Positions 38,054 through 46,247 are shown, counted from the stretch's first letter. The stretch: 57,987 nt of DNA from an uncultured Desulfobacterales bacterium (GCA_964591255.1 CAZQAA010000211.1:1-57987), one strand, 5' to 3'. The notes: generated by a model from the sequence alone, not told the origin. Translations and numbers: made by a program.

Positions 38054-39229
38054 TCATGGGGCTACTTTTTTGTTAACACCCATGACCCATTCGTAGATTT
38101 TTCTGAGTGGAAGCCTGTTCCTTATGGCTATTTCCCGACAGGCGGCATATTCAGGCATAATCAAAGAGATACCGTTGGATTGTACGATTTTATTGACCCT
38201 GATTTTGCCCCAGGGGCTCTCTATATTAGTATCATATCGTTTTAGTATCTTCCTCTGTGAATATCGGTATCGTATTCCAAGGGTGGCGGATTCCAGGAAT
38301 ATCATATCCATCAAGTTGTCGAGCTGATCAGGACGTCCCATGACCTGGATCTGGATTCCAGGCCGATTTTTTTTCATTTGAACAGGAAAAAAAGCCACGT
38401 CAAGTGCCCCGGCTTCAAACAATCTATCCATCAAATAGCCCAACCACTCAGGATTGGTATTGTCTATATTGGTTTCGATAAGGACAACCGTTTCAGTCTC
38501 TTTTTCAACCTGTTCATTCCCTATAATAATTCGCAGAAGATTGGGCCTGTCGGATAAATCTCTGCTTCCCACTCCGTAACCAGTTTTTTCCATCACCATG
38601 GGAGGCATTGCTCCGAAATCGCTTACAAGGGTTTTTATAAGGGCGGCTCCGGTGGGAGTAACCATCTCCTCTTGAAGACCAGAACCCGAGACCGGTATGC
38701 CCTTGAGAAGGGAAAGGGTCGCAGGAGAAGGGAGAGGTATCCTTCCGTGGGAGATATCTTGGAATCCTGAGCCGAGCGGAATGGGTGAAGCTACTATCTT
38801 TGTAATCCCCAAGCGGTGGATGCCAAAAGCTACCCCAACAATATCTATAATGGAATCTGTTGCTCCTACCTCATGAAAATGGACTTCTTCGAGTGAACAA
38901 CCGTGTATTTTTGCTTCAGCCTCCGCAAGCAGTTCAAATATCTTGAGACTTGTATCTTTTACCCCGACATCAAGGTCGCTTTTCAGAATTATGTCACGGA
39001 TAGAATTAAGAGTGTTTGGCTCCTTCCCGACTTTTTCAAGAATGACCAACAGTCTTGTGCCTGAAATTCCTTTCCGGAGTTCCCTGCGTATATCCAGCCG
39101 ATAACCGGTAACAGGAAGCGTATGAAGAGCCTGATCTAATTCTTTAAAACAAAGGCCTGCATCAAGAAGGGCGGCCAGGAACATGTCGCCACTGATACCG
39201 GAAAAGCAATCCAAGTAGGCCGTAGTCAT
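38054..39229 (-). CDS. larC: Nickel-pincer cofactor biosynthesis / nickel insertion protein LarC (DUF111)
   Basis: The N-terminus AYLDCFSGISGDMFLAALLDAG and the internal FHEVGA.DSI.DIVG are LarC hallmarks. It is 391 aa. Confidence 0.8.
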   Translation of the reverse strand: MTTAYLDCFSGISGDMFLAALLDAGLCFKELDQALHTLPVTGYRLDIRRELRKGISGTRLLVILEKVGKEPNTLNSIRDIILKSDLDVGVKDTSLKIFELLAEAEAKIHGCSLEEVHFHEVGATDSIIDIVGVAFGIHRLGITKIVASPIPLGSGFQDISHGRIPLPSPATLSLLKGIPVSGSGLQEEMVTPTGAALIKTLVSDFGAMPPMVMEKTGYGVGSRDLSDRPNLLRIIIGNEQVEKETETVVLIETNIDNTNPEWLGYLMDRLFEAGALDVAFFPVQMKKNRPGIQIQVMGRPDQLDNLMDMIFLESATLGIRYRYSQRKILKRYDTNIESPWGKIRVNKIVQSNGISLIMPEYAACREIAIRNRLPLRKIYEWVMGVNKKVAP

Positions 39230-39378
39230 TGTGTCGAGTCCCTTTGATATGATTCTATTTTATGTTGAAATTTTGAAATGGTTCCAAAGAGGAAAAGCCC
39301 ATAGATGTTTATCAAGAATAATACGAACTGGATAGAAAAGGAAGGGGAAAATGTCATGGAAAGATACGGAAAATAGGA

Positions 39379-39408
39379 TTGACTCAATTTACTGCAACTT
39401 ATTATTAT
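39379..39408 (+). promoter_or_regulatory. Sigma-70 promoter candidate
   Basis: TTGACT (39379-39384), an 18-nt spacer, then TATTAT (39403-39408). It lies about 25 nt upstream of the acyl-CoA synthetase start. Confidence 0.4.
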
Positions 39409-39431
39409 AAGAAAAAGAAGTTATTTCTAAG

Positions 39432-41006
39432 GTGATGAATGTAATGCCACTTAATGAGCTCTTACCAAAGGCTGTGAGACTGTATCCCGCCAGGGAGGCG
39501 GTGGTTTGTGGGGATATACGGCTGGATTATGAAGGTTTTTCCAAACGTGTATGGCGTCTTTCGAATGGACTGTTGCATTTGGGTATAAAAAAGGGAGACT
39601 GTCTGGCCGTACTGCATGAAAACTGTCACATATTTCTTGAGCTTTATTTCAGCGCCGCCCATCTTGGTTTAATACTCTTGCCTCTAAATATCAGGCTTGC
39701 ACCTGAGGAACTGTCTGTAATACTCAGGGACAGTGGCGCCTGTATCCTGGTGGCACAGGCAAAATTTCAGGACAGGGTCTTGGCATTTATAGACGATACC
39801 CGGAAGATTCAGGAAATTATCTGGACACAGTCAGGGGCTGGAGAGGAGGAGCCCGAAGGTCTAAATTATGAGGATATTATAGCAGGTGAATCCGAAACGC
39901 CGCCGGTCCATATCCATATCCGTGATACAGACGTGGCTCACCTGTATTATACCAGTGGGACCACCGGCAGACCAAAGGGTGTGATGTTGACCCATAAAAA
40001 CGTAAAGGCCCATTCTCTGGGTGCTATTGCTGAGCTTCAACTGACCGATGGAGACCACTGGATACATGCTGCGCCTCTTTTTCATCTGGCCGATGCATGG
40101 GCCACCTTTGCTGTTACCTGGGTCGGTGGGAAGCATGTCATTATTCCTTTTTTTGAACCATCCGGCATATTCAAGGCCATTGAGCAAGAGAAGGTGACCA
40201 TAACAAACCTTATTCCCACGATGCTTAATATGATGGTCAACCATCCGGAAGTTGGCAATTATGATTACTCGAGTTTGCGTGTGCTGATGAGTGGAGGCGC
40301 ACCTATAGCGCCTGAACTGGTCCGCAGGGTCATGGGAGTATTCAGATGTGATTATATACAGACCTATGGCATGACAGAGACAAGCCCGTATCTTACACTT
40401 TCCATTCTCAAGAAACATCTCATGTCCCTGCCCAGGGAAGAACGGATCGGATTCAAGATTAAAACGGGGCGGGAATTTATTAACGTAAACCTTAGGATAG
40501 TGGACAGGCAGGGAAAAGATGTGGCAAGGGACAACAGAGAGGTTGGAGAGATTATTGTGAAGGGAGACACTGTGACTCCAGGATACTGGAATCTGCCAGA
40601 GGAGACCCAGAAGGCAATCAAAGATGGCTGGCTTTATACCGGAGATCTGGCCGTAATGGACCGGGAAGGCTATGTCACTATTGTTGACAGGAAAAAAGAT
40701 ATGATCCTGACCGGCGGAGAAAATGTGTATTCAACCGAGGTAGAAAATGTGCTCTATAGGCATCAAGGGATATTAGAAGCAGCAGTGATCGGGATACCTG
40801 ACAATCACTGGGGCGAAGCAGTGAAGGCCTGTATAGTACTAAAGGAAGGTTCCAGTGTAACAGCAGATGAGATTATATCTTTTTGCAAACAACACCTAGC
40901 TCACTACAAGGCACCCAAGAGCGTAGAATTCCTGGATGCCCTGCCAAAAACCGGCTCGGGAAAAATATCCAAAAAGGCCTTACGAAATAGCTATCGGAAC
41001 GGTTAA
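39432..41006 (+). CDS. AMP-dependent acyl-CoA synthetase/ligase (fatty-acid or aromatic-acid CoA ligase family)
   Basis: The AMP-binding motifs are YTSGTTGRPKGV, QTYGMTE, YTGDLA and PKTGSGKISKK. The exact start is uncertain (GTG 39432, ATG 39435 or ATG 39444). Confidence 0.85.
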   Translation: MMNVMPLNELLPKAVRLYPAREAVVCGDIRLDYEGFSKRVWRLSNGLLHLGIKKGDCLAVLHENCHIFLELYFSAAHLGLILLPLNIRLAPEELSVILRDSGACILVAQAKFQDRVLAFIDDTRKIQEIIWTQSGAGEEEPEGLNYEDIIAGESETPPVHIHIRDTDVAHLYYTSGTTGRPKGVMLTHKNVKAHSLGAIAELQLTDGDHWIHAAPLFHLADAWATFAVTWVGGKHVIIPFFEPSGIFKAIEQEKVTITNLIPTMLNMMVNHPEVGNYDYSSLRVLMSGGAPIAPELVRRVMGVFRCDYIQTYGMTETSPYLTLSILKKHLMSLPREERIGFKIKTGREFINVNLRIVDRQGKDVARDNREVGEIIVKGDTVTPGYWNLPEETQKAIKDGWLYTGDLAVMDREGYVTIVDRKKDMILTGGENVYSTEVENVLYRHQGILEAAVIGIPDNHWGEAVKACIVLKEGSSVTADEIISFCKQHLAHYKAPKSVEFLDALPKTGSGKISKKALRNSYRNG

Positions 41007-41031
41007 CAGTCCTGTATCCTTGGAAAATTTC

Positions 41032-42510
41032 TTAACCATTTGTTGTAAGACGATCGGACAGCACGAGGAGATCCTTTTCCACCATATTGTCTGTCCGTAT
41101 TTCATTAAACGGGATCGCATAACCTCGTCCTGAGCTTACAGCCGGCATAAGCCGTGATGTTCCCGCCTTTAGATATTCGGACACATTGTATGCCATTCTC
41201 TGGGCCAGTGTTATATCTTGGTTATTGGGGGCAGCCCCTCTGATGTCCCTGGAAAATGACTCACAGACCACCTTCCTTTTTATTTTTATGCCAGTTGCCA
41301 AAAGTTCTTTGTAAAAATATTCTGCCGCATTATCCTTTATCCCCTTCTCATTCCTCTCATCCTTTTTGTAACCCTCGGCTACAACAATTACACATTCATC
41401 ACGCCTGTTTAGGGCCTCCACCACTTTTTTATGGTCAATATCGGTGTTGGGAAGAACGGCCAAATGGGCCCTGGAACCGAGGCAGGAATGGAGGGCATGA
41501 AAGCCACTGCTCGCACCCATCATCTCTATTATATAGGTTCTCTTATGAGTCCTGGCATCGGCCATGTAACATCTGATCTTTTCAGAACCCATCTCTATGC
41601 CGGTATTTTCACCTATGCATTCGGTGCCGGCAATATCGCTGTCGATGGTAACAGGTATAAAAAACACCTGTATGGAGGTAGATATGAGATCACAGAGGGC
41701 CTTGGTTCCTCTAAACGTACCGTTACCGCCTATTGATATTATGGCTTTTACATTTTTTCTTTTAATGGTCTGTGCCGCCTTTTTCTTTATTTCATCCTTC
41801 ACAAAATCCTTATACCTTTCGGTTCTAAGTTGTGCTCCACGCCATTCTGACAAAGGAGCAGCATGAAACACGCCCGGGACATGGTCTAACTTCTTAAACA
41901 GTTCAGGATCATAAACAAGCCGTACAAAATCGTCATCATTACCTGTTACAAGAGACTTAAAACCTTCACGTGTTGCATACACTTCTCTGCCGATCCCTTC
42001 CAGGTGATAAGTGATAAAGGCGGTAACAGGGTTGTATCCAGGGGCGCAGCCGCCATCCTGGATAAGGAGGACGTCGATTTCATTAAACATTCTCTGGCTT
42101 TCCAGCTTTGTTTTTCTTATCTGCGAAGATATCCTTTCCCCAACCCTGATCCTGGCCAGCAGTTCATCTGGATCAACAGGTTTTTGGAGAAAGTCGTCAG
42201 CACCTTCGTTCATGCACCTTATCTTATCCTCCTTTGCCTCTTTGGCACTGACTATAATAAGATATATATCGGAAAGTTCGGCATCGGGGTCGGATTTTAT
42301 ATAGCGGCATAGCTCATGGCCATCCATCTCAGGCATCATCAGGTCGGATACTATGATATCCGGGATCCAGTCTTTGATCAGGTTCACGGCCTCTTTACCG
42401 TTTCCAGCTCCCCTCACCTCAAGTTCTGAAAGTGATTTCAGGATTTTCATGTAAAGCTCCCGGGTAGTTCTGTTGTCTTCCACCACCAGCACCCTGAATT
42501 TTTGCGCCAT
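41032..42510 (-). CDS. Response-regulator receiver domain fused to a divergent phosphofructokinase-family domain
   Basis: The REC domain reads VLVVEDN...DIIVSDLMMPEMDG...IIVSAK...GADDFL.KP. The PFK-fold motifs are LIQDGGCAPGYN, ISIGGNGT, IPVTIDSDI and IIEMMGASSG. I prefer the ATG at 42510 (GGAGG lies 6 nt upstream). Confidence 0.7.
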   Translation of the reverse strand: MAQKFRVLVVEDNRTTRELYMKILKSLSELEVRGAGNGKEAVNLIKDWIPDIIVSDLMMPEMDGHELCRYIKSDPDAELSDIYLIIVSAKEAKEDKIRCMNEGADDFLQKPVDPDELLARIRVGERISSQIRKTKLESQRMFNEIDVLLIQDGGCAPGYNPVTAFITYHLEGIGREVYATREGFKSLVTGNDDDFVRLVYDPELFKKLDHVPGVFHAAPLSEWRGAQLRTERYKDFVKDEIKKKAAQTIKRKNVKAIISIGGNGTFRGTKALCDLISTSIQVFFIPVTIDSDIAGTECIGENTGIEMGSEKIRCYMADARTHKRTYIIEMMGASSGFHALHSCLGSRAHLAVLPNTDIDHKKVVEALNRRDECVIVVAEGYKKDERNEKGIKDNAAEYFYKELLATGIKIKRKVVCESFSRDIRGAAPNNQDITLAQRMAYNVSEYLKAGTSRLMPAVSSGRGYAIPFNEIRTDNMVEKDLLVLSDRLTTNG

Positions 42511-42557
42511 AATCATCCTCCATGGTTTAGTATGTCTTTCTGAACGTACTTATTCCC

Positions 42558-43370
42558 TTAGCCCTTGCCCAGTTCCATGGCCCTATCATATGCTGCTTTA
42601 ACTGCCTTTTTTATCATATTCTCAAGACCCATATCTTCAAAAACACCCAGGCCGGCTGCAGTTGTACCCCCTGGAGACGTAACCATCTCTCGCAGTCCGG
42701 ACAAGGGAAGATCCGATTCCCTTGCCAGGTATGCAGCGCCCAAAAAGGTCTGAATTACCAGCCTAAGAGACGTATCAGGATCAAGGCCGATATTGATACC
42801 GCTACTCACCATGCACTCCATTATTCTAAAGACATATCCGGGACCACTTCCGGACAGGGCGGTTACTGCATCCATCAGGTCTTCTTTCACTTCTATAGTG
42901 TTTCCCACGGCATTAAAGATGTTTTTTGCTGTAGACATGTGCTCATCCTCTGCCCATTGTCCACGGGCCAAGACACTTATGCCCTTCTGAACAAGGGCAG
43001 GAGTATTCGGCATCACCCGGATTAACGGGATATCTCGACCTATGATGGAGTGAATCATCTTGAGTGGAATTCCTGCGGCAATAGAGATAACCAGATGTTT
43101 TCCAGTGAGTTCTTCTCTAATTTCTTCAAGTACTTCACGCATATTCTGAGGCTTTATTGACAGTACCACTGTTGAGCATGCACTCACAAGATCCCTGTTA
43201 GACATGGTCTTGATACCGAATTTATCGGATATGATTTTCAAGGCCTTATCACTATTGTCTGAGGTAGCCAACTGATCCGGCAGATATGTACGGCTTTGAA
43301 TAAGTCCCTTGATTATGGCCGTCGCCATGTTACCGGCACCGATAAAACCCACTTTTTCACTTCCTCTCAT
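42558..43370 (-). CDS. proC: Pyrroline-5-carboxylate reductase
   Basis: It reads GFIGAGNMATAIIKGL...VVLSIKPQ...R.MPNTPA.V..G......, with the C-terminal dimerisation motif SPGGTT. Confidence 0.9.
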   Translation of the reverse strand: MRGSEKVGFIGAGNMATAIIKGLIQSRTYLPDQLATSDNSDKALKIISDKFGIKTMSNRDLVSACSTVVLSIKPQNMREVLEEIREELTGKHLVISIAAGIPLKMIHSIIGRDIPLIRVMPNTPALVQKGISVLARGQWAEDEHMSTAKNIFNAVGNTIEVKEDLMDAVTALSGSGPGYVFRIMECMVSSGINIGLDPDTSLRLVIQTFLGAAYLARESDLPLSGLREMVTSPGGTTAAGLGVFEDMGLENMIKKAVKAAYDRAMELGKG

Positions 43371-43402
43371 ACAATACCCTCCGTTTATAACATACCATGA
43401 AG

Positions 43403-43431
43403 ATTATACTATGATAGATGTTGCCGTTCAA
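43403..43431 (-). promoter_or_regulatory. Sigma-70 promoter candidate for proC
   Basis: On the minus strand: TTGAAC (43431-43426), a 17-nt spacer, then TATAAT (43408-43403). Confidence 0.55.
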
Positions 43432-43594
43432 GAAATAGTATTGCGCATGCACGAGTCGAACAGGCGGGAGAGTCGGGGTAACAGGTCAAAAATTTGACTG
43501 ATGAGGTAAAGTCTGGGCCAATTTTATAAATACAGTACAATTAATTTTTTGTGTAACATGTTGTTATTATATGTTTTTATGGCAAGTTTCTTTT

Positions 43595-43603
43595 TGGTAT
43601 AAT
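43595..43603 (+). promoter_or_regulatory. Extended -10 promoter element (TGgTATAAT)
   Basis: This is a perfect TGnTATAAT about 60 nt upstream of the 43665 ATG. The same bases also fit a weak GG-N10-GC pattern (TGGTATAATTTTTGCT), so the sigma factor is ambiguous. Confidence 0.45.
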
Positions 43604-43664
43604 TTTTGCTTTAAATTTTCCGGTAGCAGGGTTTTTAAATAATATATAAAAACATGGTGGCAAT

Positions 43665-43907
43665 ATGACAACAGAGACGGTTAAGAGAGTGAAAAAAGAT
43701 AATCAGCCTTTAGTAGAGCCGGATAATAAAACATCTGACCATGATTTTTCCCGGAAAAGGCTTATTGCATTAAATGCAGCATTTGAGGCTGCCAGGGCCG
43801 GGCAGACCGGATCTGAATTTGCCTTGTTGGTTGATAAAACCCTCCATATGGCGACAAAGACAAAAGAGGAAGATGTTAAAGATTCATCAATCTGTTATTT
43901 ATTATGA
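43665..43907 (+). CDS. 80-aa ORF carrying only the conserved hairpin-tip motif of methyl-accepting chemotaxis proteins (mini-protein or gene remnant)
   Basis: KRLIALNAAFEAARAGQTGSEFALLVDKT aligns by eye with the MCP tip consensus LALNAA.EAARAGE.GRGFAVVA.EV. I see no TM, HAMP or methylation helices. Confidence 0.4.
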   Translation: MTTETVKRVKKDNQPLVEPDNKTSDHDFSRKRLIALNAAFEAARAGQTGSEFALLVDKTLHMATKTKEEDVKDSSICYLL

Positions 43908-44239
43908 TTCGGGGTTCCATTGAGAGTGGAATTTAGATTTTTTATGGTGGGATGCCAGACTTCGTGAAAATGTTCCCAAAAAATGGTTTGCGCAAGGACA
44001 AACCTGTTATGGACTGATCCGGCTCCTTTCATCTTTTTATCCCAGGATTCCTGTAAGGCCCTCAGCCTTTTTTTCTGTTCTTCATCCCTTGCACTGTTAA
44101 TAACCTCTTCTATCATTCTTCTTCTTTCTTGCTCAAAGATGAACCTGTTTTCTTTAAATAGTGCAGATAGACGGGCATGCTCATTTAACGCATGTTTTTC
44201 TCTCTCCTGCCTTTCTTGCTCCCAGCTACGTCTTTTCAT
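43895..44239 (-). CDS. DUF3135-like protein
   Basis: FEQERRRMIEEVINSARDEEQKKRLRALQESWDKKM...IFWEHFHE resembles the DUF3135 pattern (F...R...IEE.I.SAP......LR.LQ..ID.......W..F.E). It overlaps the convergent 43665 ORF by 13 nt. Confidence 0.5.
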   Translation of the reverse strand: MKRRSWEQERQEREKHALNEHARLSALFKENRFIFEQERRRMIEEVINSARDEEQKKRLRALQESWDKKMKGAGSVHNRFVLAQTIFWEHFHEVWHPTIKNLNSTLNGTPNHNK

Positions 44240-44281
44240 ATTTTAATCTCCCCCGAGGATAAAGATATGAATTTAACTGAA

Positions 44282-44297
44282 TGCAAACAGCGTGCCG
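44282..44297 (-). promoter_or_regulatory. Sigma-54 (RpoN) -24/-12 promoter, near-consensus
   Basis: The minus strand reads CGGCACGCTGTTTGCA. It matches 11 of 12 defined positions of TGGCACG-N4-TTGCA with exact GG-N10-GC spacing. The -12 element lies about 44 nt upstream of the 44239 start, which has the RBS GGGGGAG. Confidence 0.65.
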
Positions 44298-44460
44298 ATT
44301 TGTAATTTTGATATATCTTTATAAATTTCAAATAGTTAATGAAGGGATAGTAAAGCTGATATATGATAAATTGTGAAGTGAAGGTTATAATATGTATATA
44401 AATATGTAGTTTATTTCATACAGCAATTGGCTTTACCAGCCATCCGGTAACGATTCTGGA

Positions 44461-45693
44461 TCAGGGTGCATCAGACAGGGCAAGTCTCAAGGTATTCATG
44501 CCTATTACGGATCCTCTTATTCTTATAGCAGCTATGCTGCCGCCCATTGTCCAAGAAAATGTTTTTTCTATATCATGGCCAATAACGGCCACGTGTGCAT
44601 TCACCGCATAGTCCTTCTTCTTCTCTTGTACAAATCCCAAGATGGCAAGCCCTATGTCTGCCTTTCCCTGTTCCATTGTTTTACGTGCGAGTTCAATAGC
44701 AGATTTTTCATCTGGATCAATGTCGTTCTTACATAGATATTGGGCAATACGTGTCTTGTCAGGGGTAACCATGCTCATTAACAACTGATGTGAAGGGAGT
44801 TGGTAAAATTTCTGTGCCGCCAATCCGCAGGAAAAGGTCTCCATTATTGCGAAGGTAAAATTTTTTTTAGTCAACATGGAATCGATTACACTTTCAAGTG
44901 TATCGTCATCTTCTCCAAAGATTTTGTTGCCCAGCCTGGACCGAATCTTTTCATAAATCGGCTTGATAAAGGTATCGGCCCGTTGCCCTTCCCTTGGTCT
45001 GGCGGTAATCCGTATCCTTATTCCCTCTTCAGAGGTCAGGATACCCACTTCAGGGTCTTGACCGGGCCTGATAAGATCGCCGATTAGGCGATCCACCTTA
45101 CTTTCACCAAGACCGATCACTTTTAATACCTTGTATTTTATCTCCCGGTCGTTGAGATTAAATCTTTGTATGATCCACGGTATAATTTCCTTGTCCAATA
45201 GAAATTTCAGCTCTCTTGGCACTCCGGGAAGACATATGATTTGGGGTCCACCGGCGTTGGTAATAAAGGCGGGAGCTGTACCGATGGGGTTATTGATGAC
45301 AAGGCTACCGGCAGGTACATAAGCCTGTCTCCGATTGTTATCAGGCATGTCATATCCATAGCGCCGAAATATATGTTCGATCTGTTCCATCAGGTCTTCC
45401 CTGAATTCCAGATCCATCCCTACGGCTTGGGCAACGGCTTCACGGGTCATGTCATCCAGGGTAGGACCCAGACCGCCGCTTGTAATTACTATATCACATC
45501 TTTTAAGCGCTAAACGGATAACCTGTATTATTTCCTCAAGCCTATCTCCTACCGCTGTCCTGAACCGGACGTTCACACCAATTTTGCCTAATTCCCTGGC
45601 AAGATAGGTAGTATTCGTGTCAGTAATTTGACCAAAAAGAAGCTCGCTGCCTATGGTGATAATTTCACAGACAGGCAAACCGGAATCATGCAT
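44461..45693 (-). CDS. CinA-family paralog: intact MoCF-binding domain, degenerate PncC-like C-terminal domain
   Basis: The N-terminus CEIITIGSELLFGQITDTN...TSGGLGPT.DD.T is canonical. The C-terminal domain has IMETFSCGL instead of AESCTGGL, and LGFVQEKKK where TGIAGPDGG is expected. The ATG at 45693 overlaps the upstream stop (ATGCATGA). Confidence 0.65.
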   Translation of the reverse strand: MHDSGLPVCEIITIGSELLFGQITDTNTTYLARELGKIGVNVRFRTAVGDRLEEIIQVIRLALKRCDIVITSGGLGPTLDDMTREAVAQAVGMDLEFREDLMEQIEHIFRRYGYDMPDNNRRQAYVPAGSLVINNPIGTAPAFITNAGGPQIICLPGVPRELKFLLDKEIIPWIIQRFNLNDREIKYKVLKVIGLGESKVDRLIGDLIRPGQDPEVGILTSEEGIRIRITARPREGQRADTFIKPIYEKIRSRLGNKIFGEDDDTLESVIDSMLTKKNFTFAIMETFSCGLAAQKFYQLPSHQLLMSMVTPDKTRIAQYLCKNDIDPDEKSAIELARKTMEQGKADIGLAILGFVQEKKKDYAVNAHVAVIGHDIEKTFSWTMGGSIAAIRIRGSVIGMNTLRLALSDAP

Positions 45694-45976
45694 ATTGGTA
45701 GATTGCGTATTCGGTTTTCGTTCCCAATAAGGCATCAATCTCGCGTACCAATTCAATCCTGCGCTTGATATTTACACAGGCTTTCCAGTCATCAAAAGAC
45801 TTCCATGTCCCTATCACCACGAATTCTTCTGGATCGTCGAGATTTCTCAGAGTTTCTCCGGAGATATAACCAGGTTGCGCTATTGCAAGAGTCCGCAACT
45901 CAATTAAGAGAGGGAGCAACTCCGCCTCTTTGCCCTTGGGCACCTTTCTTTTGATAATAGTCTTCACGGCAGACAT
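45686..45976 (-). CDS. Antibiotic-biosynthesis-monooxygenase (ABM/Dabb) fold protein
   Basis: The protein is about 96 aa. The segment A..QPGYISGETLRNLDDPEEFVVIGTWKS.DDW.A is typical of ABM domains. I prefer the ATG at 45976 (RBS GAGGAGGG). Confidence 0.55.
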   Translation of the reverse strand: MSAVKTIIKRKVPKGKEAELLPLLIELRTLAIAQPGYISGETLRNLDDPEEFVVIGTWKSFDDWKACVNIKRRIELVREIDALLGTKTEYAIYQYA

Positions 45977-46034
45977 GCTTTCCCTCCTCAATCCATTACC
46001 TGTTTATGAAGAACAGGCTGGCAAAAGGTATATC

Positions 46035-46247
46035 CTATTCATATACTATTAATATGGCATCTGCCTCAATTGTGTCACCCTTTTTACACTTTACTTCTGT
46101 CACTGTACCGCCTGATTCCGTAATTACAGGCAGTTCCATTTTCATGGCCTCAAGGATGACTATCTCGTCTCCTGCATTGATGGTATCTCCTACGTTTACT
46201 TTTACCTCGATCACTTTTCCCCCCATGGGAGCCCTAATTTCACCCAC
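46035..46247 (-). CDS. Biotinyl/lipoyl-type carrier protein (biotin carboxyl carrier, minimal 70-aa form)
   Basis: It reads I.APMGGKVIEVKVNVGDTINAGDEIVILEAMKMELPV, with the biotin-attachment motif EAMKM. The GTG start lies 7 nt after GAGGAGG. Confidence 0.8.
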   Translation of the reverse strand: MGEIRAPMGGKVIEVKVNVGDTINAGDEIVILEAMKMELPVITESGGTVTEVKCKKGDTIEADAILIVYE

